A stretch of 63,078 bases of DNA, counting the filler, from Chiloscyllium plagiosum (lineage: Eukaryota): assembly GCF_004010195.1 (NCBI RefSeq). It is 3 parts of one record of this genome, joined end to end, with 100 filler letters (N's around TTAATTAATTAA, not from the genome) between each part and the next. Parts side by side here need not be neighbours in the genome. Positions count along the whole stretch, not along the records: positions 22,273 to 37,788 come from NC_057712.1; positions 37,889 to 63,078 come from NC_057712.1; 1 more part is not named here. One strand, given 5' to 3'. Under the pieces are notes generated by a model. The model saw only the letters and a list, made by a program, of their open reading frames with translations, ran no database searches and was not told the DNA's origin. How positions within the stretch are numbered: the first letter of the stretch is position 1; the number at the start of each line of letters is the position of its first letter. The position numbers and the translations under genes were made by a program. Below are positions 36,590 to 48,324 of this stretch, in pieces.

Positions 36590-37080
36590 CAAGTACACCC
36601 AACTCCAACATCCGGTTAGGTCACCATGGGAGACCGTGGGAACAGCGCAAGAGTGGATCTTCTCCACAGAACTAGTGGGAAACGTTCAACCTGTGCTAAC
36701 CCCAGTCCAGAGACAAGACCCCCGGCCAAGCTCAGTCAGATCTGCCGTACACAGGCAACAATTGCTTCTGTGCACACTCTGAGGCCAGGATCCAAATCAT
36801 CGTCAATTCATATTTGGAGGTATGTGAGAGCATGGGCCTGGGCATGGACATCTGGAAAGAAAGCTCCTCCAACAGCCTGCTCCCATCATACAATGCCATC
36901 TGCCAACTGAGGATCAGTAGGGGACATCGATGATGGAACTCAGCATTATCTCCAGTGGGTCAGTGCAGCTTTTGGCCATCTGAAAAACAGAGTATTGTGA
37001 CGTTAAAGACCACTAAACTCATGGTCTACAGTACAACACAGACCTTCAGCGTGCATGACAGACATCTACAATGTATAGCA
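36590..37080 (+). mobile_element. RTE-clade LINE remnant
   Basis: Decayed DIDDGTQHYLQWVSAAFGHLKNRV (RTE-like ID.EI..RI..AS.AFGRL..RV). Confidence 0.55.
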
Positions 37081-37374
37081 GATACCTCAAATCTTGCTTG
37101 CATAAGTGCATTTAGCTTTGTTAGTGATTGGAGAGATCAGTGATGTAATGAGAAATGATATAGCCTCTGAAGATCAAGATTTATATCAGTCTGACTAGAA
37201 ATAAGAAATAGCAGAGCAAAGATGTCCTTGATGGGAGTAATTCATAGGTCCCTAAACAATATAAACCAGAGGACTTGTTGAAAAGATGTGGCACTAATGA
37301 TAGGTGATATTAGTATGCATATGGACTGGATTAATTAAATTGGGAAGGGTAGCCTCAATGGAGATTTTGAGTGT

Positions 37375-38191
37375 GAGCAGCAGCAGAGTGTAACCGAACC
37401 CGGAAGGCTACAGCTAAGGTGAGACAGTTTGTTTTAAAATTACTTACCGGTAGCGGGCAGCGGTGTTTTTTTTTTCTCTTCACAGAAAGAGCGGGAGCCG
37501 CAGGGGGAAGTGACGACGACCAGAGGGGCAGCCGGAAGCTGGTGTAGCGCAAGCTTACCTGGGTAGGTTTTTTTTCCTATAAAAGCGCGCAGGAGAGGAA
37601 GCTTTAGGGAAGTAGTAACTCCAAAGATGGCAGATAGATGGGTGACAGCGAGGGGGACTGGGAGGAAGCAGCCAGTGCAGGGACCCCCTGCGGCCGTTCC
37701 CCTCAAGAACAAGTATACCGTTTTGGATACTTGTGGGGGGGGATGACTTACCAGGGGTAAGTAACGGGGCTCAGGCCTCTGGCACGGANNNNNNNNNNNN
37801 NNNNNNNNNNNNNNNNNNNNNNNNNNNNNNNNTTAATTAATTAANNNNNNNNNNNNNNNNNNNNNNNNNNNNNNNNNNNNNNNNNNNNACCATGAGAACC
37901 TTTTTCCACGTATGGAGTCAGCTATTACGAGGGGGCATAGCTTTAAATTAAGGGGGGGTAGATATAGGACTGAAGTTAGGGGTAGGTTCTTCACTCAGCG
38001 AGTCGTAAGTTCATGGAATGCCCTGCCAGCAGCAGTGGTGGACTCTCCCTCTTTATGGGCATTTAAACAGGCATTGGATAGGCATATGGAGGATAGTGGG
38101 CTAGTATAGGTTAGGTGGGTTTGGATCGGCGCAACATCGAGGGCCAAAGGGCCTGTACTGCGCTGTATTTTTCTATGTTCTATGTTCCATA
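37375..38191 (+). mobile_element. Young CR1 spanning the second scaffold gap (37789-37888), inserted in an older CR1
   Basis: 5' UTR/ORF1 (VPLKNKYTVL) left of the gap, 3' end and tail right of it, TSD TTGAGTGT (37367-37374, 38192-38199); linker TTAATTAATTAA at 37833-37844. Confidence 0.8.
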
Positions 38192-38944
38192 TTGAGTGTA
38201 TTAGAGATTGTTTCTTGGAGCTACATAGAACCAACCAGGGATGCAGGCTTTTCTAGACTTGTTATTGTCTAACGAGATGGGATTAGTTAATGATCTCATT
38301 GTAAAGGATCTTCCAGGGAAGAATGATCATTTAATGCACGAATTTGAAATTCAGTTTGAGGGTGAGAAACTTGAATCTTGCACTGGCGTTCTGACATTAA
38401 ACAAAAGTAATTACATTGTCATGAAGACTTAATGGTAGGGTCATTGATGAGCAGTGATATGTTTCAGGTGATATTCAATTTCACTCAACTCAAAGAGAGG
38501 GAGAAAGATTGTAGAAGTGGTAAAAATCCATGGCTCAACACATGTGTTAAAAATAATTTAAAGGTAAAACCTAAGGCATACCACATTACAAAATTCAGCA
38601 GCAGGCTGGAAGATTGAGAAACCATTAAGTATCAGCAACAGATTACTAAAATAGTCATAAAATGAGTAAATTATGAAAGAAAACTAGCACCAGATATAAA
38701 GATGGATAACAAAAGCTCTTATAAGTATGTGAAAGGGAAGACAGTCGCTAAAGTGAATGTTGGTCTCGATGAAGTATGAGACTGGGGAGTTAATAGTGGG
38801 GAACACAGAGATAGCAGAGGCGCTGAATCAATGTTCTTATGGTGGTGGACATAAATACCATCCCTGCCTTAACAGGCTTTTGCACAGGTTTTAGAAAGTG
38901 GGGCGAGGGGGGAGGAGTTAAAACACTTGCCATCTCTCAGGAAA

Positions 38945-39272
38945 TTCAGAAAATCTATGCAGTGCGGAAACAGGTCATTTGACCCAACAGGTCCACACTG
39001 ACCTTCTGAAGAGCACCCCATCCAGACTCACCCCATAACCCTGCATCCCCAATGGCTAACCCACCTATCCCTGGACACTATGAGTAGTTTAGCACTGCTG
39101 ATCCACTTAACCTACACACTTTTGGACTGTGGGAGGAAATGGAGCACCTCGAGGATACCCACACGGATGCAGGGAGAATGTGCAAACTCCACACAGTTTC
39201 TGGAGGGTGGAATTAAACCTGGGTCCCTGGTGCTGTGAGGTAGTAGTGTGAATCCCTGAGCCACCATACCAT
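38945..39272 (-). mobile_element. HE1-type V-SINE
   Basis: V domain and Pol III boxes, diverged. Confidence 0.8.
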
Positions 39273-39629
39273 ACTGAGCAAGCTGCTAGGATTGAAGTCA
39301 GCTTGGTCAGCACAATTTTTTTTGCATACATATAAACTGGCAGATTTTATGGTTCTGATTTCAGGTTATCAATGTGTGCAAATCTTCCATTTATAATTTT
39401 TTAACTTAAATTCCTGCAGGGGGTCGCATGCAACACCGTGCCATTCCCATGTTTGGTCAATAGGTGGCAGTGCAGGCCTGAAGCAGTCCTTCCAAATCTG
39501 TTCTGACACTTAGATCACTTTGTTACAGCATCATTTGTCCTGGCGGCTGATAAAGGATTCTGTTTTGACTGGGGAGAAGACCAAAATGCCAGTCTCCACC
39601 TGCAAGCAACTGTCAAGGCCACAGGAACA

Positions 39630-39972
39630 CAAAGGACCAACATTTCAACTCCCCCTCCCACTCTGCCGAGGACATGGAGGTCCTGGGCCTCCTTCACCGC
39701 TCCCTCACCACCAGACGCCTGGAGGAAGAACGCCTCATCTTCTGCCTCAGAATACTTCAACCCCAGGGCGTCAATGTGGACTTCAACAAGTTCCTCATTT
39801 CCCCTTCTCCCACCTCACCCTAGTTCCAAACTTCCAGCTCAGCACTGTCCCCATGACTTGTCCTACCTGCCTATCTTCTTTTCCACCTATCCACGCTTTG
39901 CTCGAAACGTCGATTTTCCTGCTCCTCGGATGCTGCCTGAACTGCTGTGCTCTTCCAGCACCACTCTAATCC
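39630..39972 (+). mobile_element. Penelope-like fragment plus hairpin arm
   Basis: RRLEEERLIFCLRILQPQGVNVDF C-terminus; CGAAACGTCGATTTTCCTGCTCC arm. Confidence 0.75.
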
Positions 39973-40975
39973 ACAAAGGTCCAAGGCTGGTTCAGCACTT
40001 GGCTGGATCGTCAACTGCCTCCATGTCAGTATTACCAGGTGCCTGCAGGTGGAGCTCTATCACAGCCTGGTCCAGCCTGGCAAAAGGGGCACAAATGTTG
40101 ATTCCAATCCCCTCGCCCCAGCCCTGAAGTGGGCAGCGCACAAACACCAGGCTGGTCACCCATCAATCTGAAAGTTCTGTCCATTCTGGTTCGAAACGCC
40201 CTGCCTTTTGGCTGCCCGCCCACCAACACTGCCTTGTTGTCCAGCTGCAGTGGACTCAGTTTACAGGAAGTGATGGCCGCGTGGTGCTGTCACTGGACTG
40301 TTAATCCAGAGAGCCAGGTAACGTGCTGCAGACCCGGGTTCGAATCCCGCCACGGGAGACAGTGGAATTTGAATTCAATAAAAATATTCTTGGAATTAGG
40401 ATGACCATGAATCCATTGTCAGTAAAAACCCATCTGGTTCACTAATGTCCTTTAGCGAAGGAAACTGCCATCCTTACCTGGCCTGGCCTGCATGTGACTC
40501 CAGACCCACAGCAACGTGGTAGACTCTTAACAGCCCTCTGGGCAAATAGGGATGGGCCATAAATGCTGACCTGGTCAGCGATGCCCTCATCCCGTGAATG
40601 AATTTAAAAAGAACTGAAGGGATTTTGTGGGGCAATGGTGGTGCCCCTTCCTCTGAGCCAGGATCGATGGGCTCAAGTCCCACCTCCTCAAAGGAACGCA
40701 GTAACACCTTCGATCAGGTTGCTTGGTGAACATCGAGAGCATTATCTGAAATGATTTGATCGAAAGTCAAAGAGGGAGTCTCAGATGTGAAACTAGATGT
40801 CACTATGAGCACCGTTCCACCAAGCTAATGGCAATGACTTGGGTAGCACTGTATACTCAAGCACTGAGGGAATGTGCAAAAGGGCAGATCGTTAGTCAGG
40901 AGGTTGGAGGTAGCTGTTATAGAGTCAAAGTCATAGAGATGTACAGCACGGATACAGACCCTTCGCTCCAACTTG

Positions 40976-43540
40976 TCCTGTGTGTCCTAGATAAGTATGT
41001 ACCTGTCAGGCAGGGAGGAAGCTGTAGAGCGCAGGAGCAGTGGTTTACGAAGGAAGTGGAATCTCTGGTCAAGAGGAAGAAGAAGGCTTATGTTAGGATG
41101 AGATGTGAAGGCTCAGTTAGGGCGTTTGAGGATTACAAGGTAGCCAGGAAAGACCTAAAGAGAGAGCTCAGAAGAGCCAGGAGAAGACATGAGAAGTTGT
41201 TGGCAGGTAGGATCAGGGTAAACCCTAAGGCTTTCTATAGGTATTTAAGGAATAAAAGAATGACGAGAGTAAGATTAGAGCCAATCAAGGATAGTAGTGG
41301 GAAGTTGTGTGTGGAGTCAGAGGAGATAGGGGAAGCACTAAATGAATATTTTTTGACAGTATTCACTCTAGAAAACGACAATGTTGTTGAGGAGAATACT
41401 GAGATACAGGCTACTAGACTAGGTGTGATTGAGGTTCACAAGGAAGAGGTATTAGAAATCCTGCAGAGTGTGAAAATAGGTAAGTCCCCTGGGCCGGATG
41501 GGATTTATCCTAGGATCCTCTGGGAAGCCAGGGAGAAGATTGCCGAGCCTTTGTCATTGATCTTTAAATCGTCATTGTCTACAGGAACAATGCCAGAAGA
41601 GTGGAGGATAGCAAATGTGGTTCCCCTGTTCAAGAAGGGGAGTAGAGACAACCCTGGTAATTATAGACCAATGAGCCTTACTTCAGTTGTTGGTAAAGTG
41701 TTGGAAAAGGTTACAAGAGATAGGATTTATAATCATCTGGAAAAGAATAAGTTGACAAGGGATGGTCAGCACGGTTTTGTGTAGGGTAAGTTGTGCCTCA
41801 CAAACCTTATTGAGTTCTTTGAGAAGGTGACCAAACAGATAGATGAGAGTAAACCGGTTGATGTGGTGTATATGGATTTCAGCAAGGCATTTGATACGGT
41901 TCCCCACAGTAGGCTATTGTACAAAATGGGGAGGAATGGGATTGTGGGAAATATAGCAGTTTGGATCAGTAATTGGCATGCTGAAAGAAGACAGAGGGTG
42001 TTGGTTGATTGGAAATGTTCATCCTGGAGTCCAGTTACTAGCCGTGTACCGCAAGGGTCGGTGTTGGGTCCACTGCTGTTCGTCATTTTTATAAACGGCC
42101 TGGATGAGGGCGAAGAAGGGTGGGTTAGTAAATTTGCAGATGACATTAAGGTCAGTGGAGTTGTGGATAGTGACGAAGGATGTTGTAGGTTACAGAGAGA
42201 CATAGATAAGCTGCAGAGCTGGGCTGAGAGGTGGCAAATGGAGTTTAATGCGGACAAGTGTGAGGTGATTCACTTTGGTCAGAGTAACCAGAATGCAAAG
42301 TACTGGGCTAATGGTAAGATTCTTGGTAGTGTAGGTAAGCAGAGAGATTTCGGTGTCCACATACACCCAGGTTGACAGGGTTGTTAAGAAGGCGTACAGT
42401 GTTTTATCTTTTATTAATAAAGGGATCGAGTTCCGGAATCATGAGGTTATGCTACAGCTGTGCAAAACTCTGATGCGGCCGCACTTGGAGTATTGTGGAC
42501 AGTTCTGGTCACCGCATTATAAGAAGGATGTGGAAGCTTTGGAAAGGGTGCAGAGGAGATTTACTAGGATGTTGCCTGGTATGGAGGGAAAGTCTTACAA
42601 GGAAAGGCTGAGGGACTTGAGGCTGTTTTCATTGGAGAGAAGAAGGTTGAGAGGTGACTTAATGGAGACATATAAGATAATCAGTGGGTTATATATGGTG
42701 GACAGGGAGAGCCTTTTTCCAAGTATGGNNNNNNNNNNNNNNNNNNNNNNNNNNNNNNNNNNNNNNNNNNNNNNNNNNNNNNNNNNNNNNNNNNNNNNNN
42801 NNNNNNNNNNNNNNNNNNNNNNNNNNNNNNNNNNNNNNNNNNNNNNNNNNNNNNNNNNNNNNNNNNNNNNNNNNNNNNNNNNNNNNNNNNNNNNNNNNNN
42901 NNNNNNNNNNNNNNNNNNNNNNNNNNNNNNNNNNNNNNNNNNNNNNNNNNNNNNNNNNNNNNNNNNNNNNNNNNNNNNNNNNNNNNNNNNNNNNNNNNNN
43001 NNNNNNNNNNNNNNNNNNNNNNNNNNNNNNNNNNNNNNNNNNNNNNNNNNNNNNNNNNNNNNNNNNNNNNNNNNNNNNNNNNNNNNNNNNNNNNNNNNNN
43101 NNNNNNNNNNNNNNNNNNNNNNNNNNNNNNNNNNNNNNNNNNNNNNNNNNNNNNNNNNNNNNNNNNNNNNNNNNNNNNNNNNNNNNNNNNNNNNNNNNNN
43201 NNNNNNNNNNNNNNNNNNNNNNNNNNNNNNNNNNNNNNNNNNNNNNNNNNNNNNNNNNNNNNNNNNNNNNNNNNNNNNNNNNNNNNNNNNNNNNNNNNNN
43301 NNNNNNNNNNNNNNNNNNNNNNNNNNNNNNNNNNNNNNNNNNNNNNNNNNNCTATGGAATGCTTTGCCTGCAACGGTAGTAGATTCGCCAATTTTAAGTA
43401 CATTTAAGTCGTCATTGGACAAGCATATGGACGTACATGGAATAGTGTAGGTTAGAAGGGCTTCAGATTGGTATGACAGGTCGGCGCAACATCGAGGGCC
43501 GAAGGGCCTGTACTGCGCTGTAATGTTCTATGTTCTATGT
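40976..43540 (+). mobile_element. CR1 LINE ORF2 (RT) and 3' end, nested in a minus-strand CR1 3' end (40922-40975, 43543-43862)
   Basis: KSPGPDGIYPRIL, NYRPMSLTS, QHGF, DFSKAFD, VPQGSVLGP, KFADD; (TTCTATG)n tail; stop codon and frameshift present. Confidence 0.95.
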
Positions 43541-44759
43541 ACTATGCCAGCCAGATATCCTAATCTAACCTAGTTCCATTTGCCAGCTCTTGGCCCATAC
43601 TCCTCCAAACCCTTCCTATTCATGTACCCATCCAAATGCCTTTTAAAAGCTGTAATTGTACCAGCCTCCACCACTTCCTCTGACAGCTCATTCCATACAT
43701 GTACCACCCTCTGTGTGAATAAGTTGCCCCTTAGGTCCTTTTTAAATCTTTCTCCTCTCACCCTAAACCTATGCCCTCTAGCTCTGGACTCCCTGACCCC
43801 AGGGCAAAGACCTTGTCTATCTACCCTATCCATGTCCCTCATGGTTTTATAAACCTCCATAATGTCTGATGATTTTTAGATGAGAAGGCTGTGACTGTGA
43901 AGTCTTGGGCCCCAATATTAACAAACTTTGTCAATCATTTGATCGTGGCTATGCACCGTAATGCTTCCAAGTTTCCGGGGGACATAAAATTAGTTGGAAC
44001 TGTGAGTTGTGAGAAGGATGCAAAAGTGCTTCAAGCAGATTTGGACAGCTTTGGAGTGCGCAAATATCTGACAGATGGAATACAGTGCGCAATGTGAAGT
44101 TCTCTACTTTGATAAGAAAAACAGAGTTTTCTATGCAGTGAGAAGTTGGGAAGTGCTGTATTTCAAAGGGACTGGGGTGCCTCTGTCCATGAGTCGCTGA
44201 ATGTTAGGAACAGGAACAGCAAACAATTAAGAAGTCAAATGGTACATTGTGGAAGATTGATTGCAAGGCAGTTTGAGTGGAGGAGCAAAAGCCATTGGCT
44301 CAGTTGGCTGGGTAAGTGGTTTGCAATGCACTATAATTCCAACGCCATGAGTTTAATTCCAGCATCTGCTAAGGTTACCATGAAGAACTCTCTTTCTCAA
44401 CCCCTCCCTCACCTGAGGCATGGTCACCCTCAGGTAAAACTGCCACAAGTTGTCTCTCTCTGGTGGAATATGATAGCTGCTTTATTTTTAAGTATCTTAC
44501 TACAAATATCTAGGACCTTGGTGAGACCACCCTGAAGTATAGCATGCATTTTGTCCTCCTTGCTCACAGAAAGGTATACTTGCCACAGAGGGAGTTTAGT
44601 GAAGGTCCGACAACCAATTCCTCCAATGGTCAGGTGAAGGAAGATGAAACACACTATATCTGATACGTTATTCTCTGGAAATTGGAAGAATGAAAGGTGA
44701 TCTCATTTAAACATGCAAAATTTCTTCCAGAGTCGCAAAGGGTTGTGTTGGACAAGTAC

Positions 44760-44947
44760 AGCAGGTGATGCGGCGTCCGAGGAGCAGGAGAGTCAATGTT
44801 TCAGGCAGAAGCCCTTCATCATGATGAAGACCTGATGCCCGAAATGGTGACCCTCCTGCTCCTCTGATGCTGCCTGACATGCTGTGCTTTTCCAGCGCCA
44901 CCATTTTTGACTCTGACTCTCCAGCATCCGCAATCCTCACTTTCTCC
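44760..44947. repeat. Penelope-derived palindromic hairpin element
   Basis: Inverted arms around CTTCATCATGATGAAG. Confidence 0.75.
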
Positions 44948-45139
44948 AAAATTCTTACAGACCAGAGGGAGGAAGTTTCTCGCCATAAGACATAACCACA
45001 GAAATTAGGCCATTCAGCCCATCAAACCTTCTCCATCATTCAGTCATGGATTAAGTTTCTCAACTCCATTTTCCCGCTTTCTCCCTAAAACCCTTAATCT
45101 CTTTGATACTCAAGAACCTATCCATCTCCATCTTAAATA

Positions 45140-45963
45140 TACCAGACTAATGCCATTTATAAGTTCGCTGGTAACACAACCATAGTCGGTCGAATCTCAG
45201 ATGGTGATAAAACAGACTACAGATGGGAGGTGGAAAACCTGGAAAAATGGTGCACTGAGAACAACCTAGCTCTCAATGTCAGCAAAACCAAGGAACTCAT
45301 TATTGACTTTTGGCGGGATGTTACTCATGCCCCGCTGCACATTAACAGCGCAGAGTTGGAACAGGTGGAGAGTGTCAAGCTCCTGGGAGTGGCCATCCAC
45401 AACAAGCTTTCGTGGATTCTTCATGTGGATGCACTGTTTACAAAACCCAACAACGTCTCTTCTTCCTCAGGCAGCTGAGGAAATTTGGCATGACGGCGAA
45501 TACCCTTGCTGGAGGTATCACTACCTGGTATGGCAACTGTACCATTCAAGATCGGAGATGGTAACAGAGAGTGGTGAACCTGGCCTAGACAATCATAAAG
45601 GCCAACCTCCCATCTATAGAATTCATCTACCAGGCCCACTGTCAAGGGAAGGCCGCCAGCATCCTCAAAGATCCATCCCACCCTGGCAATGTTTTTCTAC
45701 AACCTCTACCATCGAGGAGAAGGTACTGAAGTCTGAACACACGCACAGCCGGTTTTGTAACAGTTTCTACCCTACTATTGTTAGAATACTGAATGGACTC
45801 ACAAACTCTTAACATTCGCCTGTACCTGTGTTTTTGTTTTTGCCGCGGTTTACCTATTATTTACTTATCAATGCTACTTCGCTCTGTGATCTGCCTGTAT
45901 TGCTTGCAAGACAAAGTTTTCACTGTGTCTCGCTACACGTGACAGTAAATCCAATTCAATTCA
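45140..45963 (+). mobile_element. Rex1/Babar-type LINE RT C-terminus and 3' end
   Basis: WCTENNLALNVSKTKELIIDF; DPSHP; (ATTCA)n tail. Confidence 0.85.
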
Positions 45964-47020
45964 GACCTGGCCTCCACAGCCTTCTGAGACAGTGAGTTCA
46001 CCACTGTCTGGCCCATGGTTGAAGGCTGAGAATCAGGAGATAGTCTCAGAGTAAGGAGCAGGCCATTTAAGACTGAGATGAGGAGGAATTCGTTCATGTA
46101 GACAGCAGTGAATCATTGGTATTCTCTGCACCAGAGGCCTGTGGTTTGTCAGTCAGTCAGTCTGTTCAAGACAGATTTCGATCTAATTGAACAGCTGTGC
46201 AGTCAAAGGGCTACAAAACTGGGCACAAGTCCCGTTTTCCCAAACCGACGCAAAACTCGGGGCCACAGCGCAAGGACGTCACAAAGAGTTTTCATAAATC
46301 TCTGCTTGAGCCTAAATGGAGTGTTTTGTTAAATCCAGGGTATCGCATTTGAGGAAAGATGTGGAGGCTTTAAAAGAGGGGGACACAATCAGATGAAGAG
46401 AATCATTCCGGGGATGAGGGACTTCAGTTTCATGGATGGTTCGGAGAAAGTGATGCCATTTTCCATCAACCAGACTGGAGGCTTATAGCGTATTTGATAA
46501 AGATGTTCAAAATCATGAGGGGTTTCGACAGAGTAACTATAAAGAATCACACACAATGGGCCGAATTTATCTGTACCTAAATCTGAGAGAATTTATTTTA
46601 TATATTCATTCAAGAAACGTGGGCGTCACTGGTTAGGCCAACATTGATTACCCATTCCTAATTGTCCAGGTGGCAATTAAGTGTCAGCCATATTTCTGGG
46701 AGTCAGGAGTCACATGTAGGCCAGACCAATAAAGGATGGCAGATTTCGTCCCTAAAGGACAGCAGTGAATCAAACAGGTTTTTTTCCTTACAATCAGCAA
46801 TGGTTTGATGACCACCATTCAGCTCATAATTCCAATTATTTTATGTGGGGAATAGGACCCCCACATCATTACCAGCATCTCTGGAGTAAAAACCCAGCGA
46901 TCATATCACAAGACCATCTGAGAAAGAAAGACTCAGAGGCCATCTGACAGAAGGGCCAAAAACAATGAAAAATATGGACAAAGTTGATCAAAGTTTGGGG
47001 GATTGATTCAGACCAAAGGA

Positions 47021-47240
47021 AGTCGAGAGTGTGGTGCTGGAAAAGCACAGCAGGTCAGACGGCATCCGAGGAGCAGAGGAATCAATGTTTCGGGCATATG
47101 CCCTTCATCATGATTCCTGATGAAGGGCTTATGCCCGAAACGTCAATTCTCCTGCTCCTCAGATGCTGCCTGACCTGCTGTGCTTTTCCAGCACCACACT
47201 CTTGACTCTGGTCTCCAGCATCTTCAGTCCTCACCTTTTC
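47021..47240. repeat. ~185-bp palindromic element with two opposed hammerhead cores
   Basis: AGAGTGTGGTGCTGGAAAAGCAC...GTGCTTTTCCAGCACCACACTCT; ATTC-CTGATGA-A-GGGC(TTAT)GCCC-GAAACGTC at ~47113-47145 with a mirror copy on the minus strand. Confidence 0.85.
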
Positions 47241-47929
47241 CTAGTTGAGACCAAAGGAAACCAATTGAAGGTGATTAGTGAAAGAATAAGTGGAACACAA
47301 GGAGAATCTTTTGTTTTAATGGAGCAAGTAAAATCCACAGCCTGAAAGAGTGATAGAAGAGGATTAACCATGCCCTTGACAACTAAAATGGAGTGAGCCC
47401 CTGAAGAGAAAGAATTGGGAGGTGGGGGCGAGGTTAGTCACTCTTGCAGAAAGCTAATCTGATGGACTGAACGCCCTCCTGCTGTCCTGTGACCCATCCT
47501 TCAATCTTTGGTTCTACAATCAGCGAGGAACCTCTTTGAAACAGCCAGATTGGCCCCCAAAGCTGTGAGAGCCTGAGCAAAATGTTGACCTTTTTTTAAG
47601 AAAAAAAAAGCAACTCAAAGGTGTTCTGAAGTGGTACCGAGAGCAGATGTTAACAAAGCTAAGACTTAGTGCCTTTGGAACAGAGTGTTTACTGAGTCAC
47701 GCCAGGAGATGAGGTATTAAGGAATTTGAGAATAACTCAGATATATTGGAGGCACATGACCCCAGCAAGGGCTATGTTAAAGTCACTGCTCAGTGCACTG
47801 AGTCTCCTACTCTGACCTCTAGGCCGGTGGCTTCCTCCTCCTTCGTCCTTTGACCCTAAACTCCGTGTTTTGACAGCAGGGTTTTAGTGCCCACCAGTGG
47901 AACATCAGTAAGTCTCAGGCCATACGTTT

Positions 47930-48272
47930 GCCTCATATCTGCAACCTTGCAGCCCTGCATCGATCGCTACTTCCATCTTGGTGCCGCCCTCTTGAACAGT
48001 CTTACCTATCCATCTTCATTCCCACCTATCCACTCCACCCTCCTCTCTGCCCTATCACCTTCACCCCCCACCTTCATCTACCTATCACATTCCCAGCTAC
48101 CATCTCCCTGATCCCATCCCCCTCCCCCTCCCATTTATCTCTCAGCCTCCTTGGTTCATAAGCCTCATTCCTGATGAAGGGCTTATGCCGGAAACGTCCC
48201 TGACCTGCTGTGCTTTTCCAGCACCACACTCTCGACTCTGATCTCCAGTATCTGCAGTCCTCCCTTTTCTCT
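47930..48272 (+). mobile_element. Penelope-like 3' fragment
   Basis: Pyrimidine-rich 3' region followed by ATTCCTGATGAAGGGCTTATGCCGGAAACGTC. Confidence 0.7.
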
Positions 48273-48324
48273 GGGTTAGTAAGGTACTTTACAGCATCAT
48301 GAATGACAGGGAATTGGTGAGGAC

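Noticed and set aside
39454..39472. Second CTCF-like motif TGGTCAATAGGTGGCAGTG
   Set aside because: Mismatches in the core; plausible by chance.
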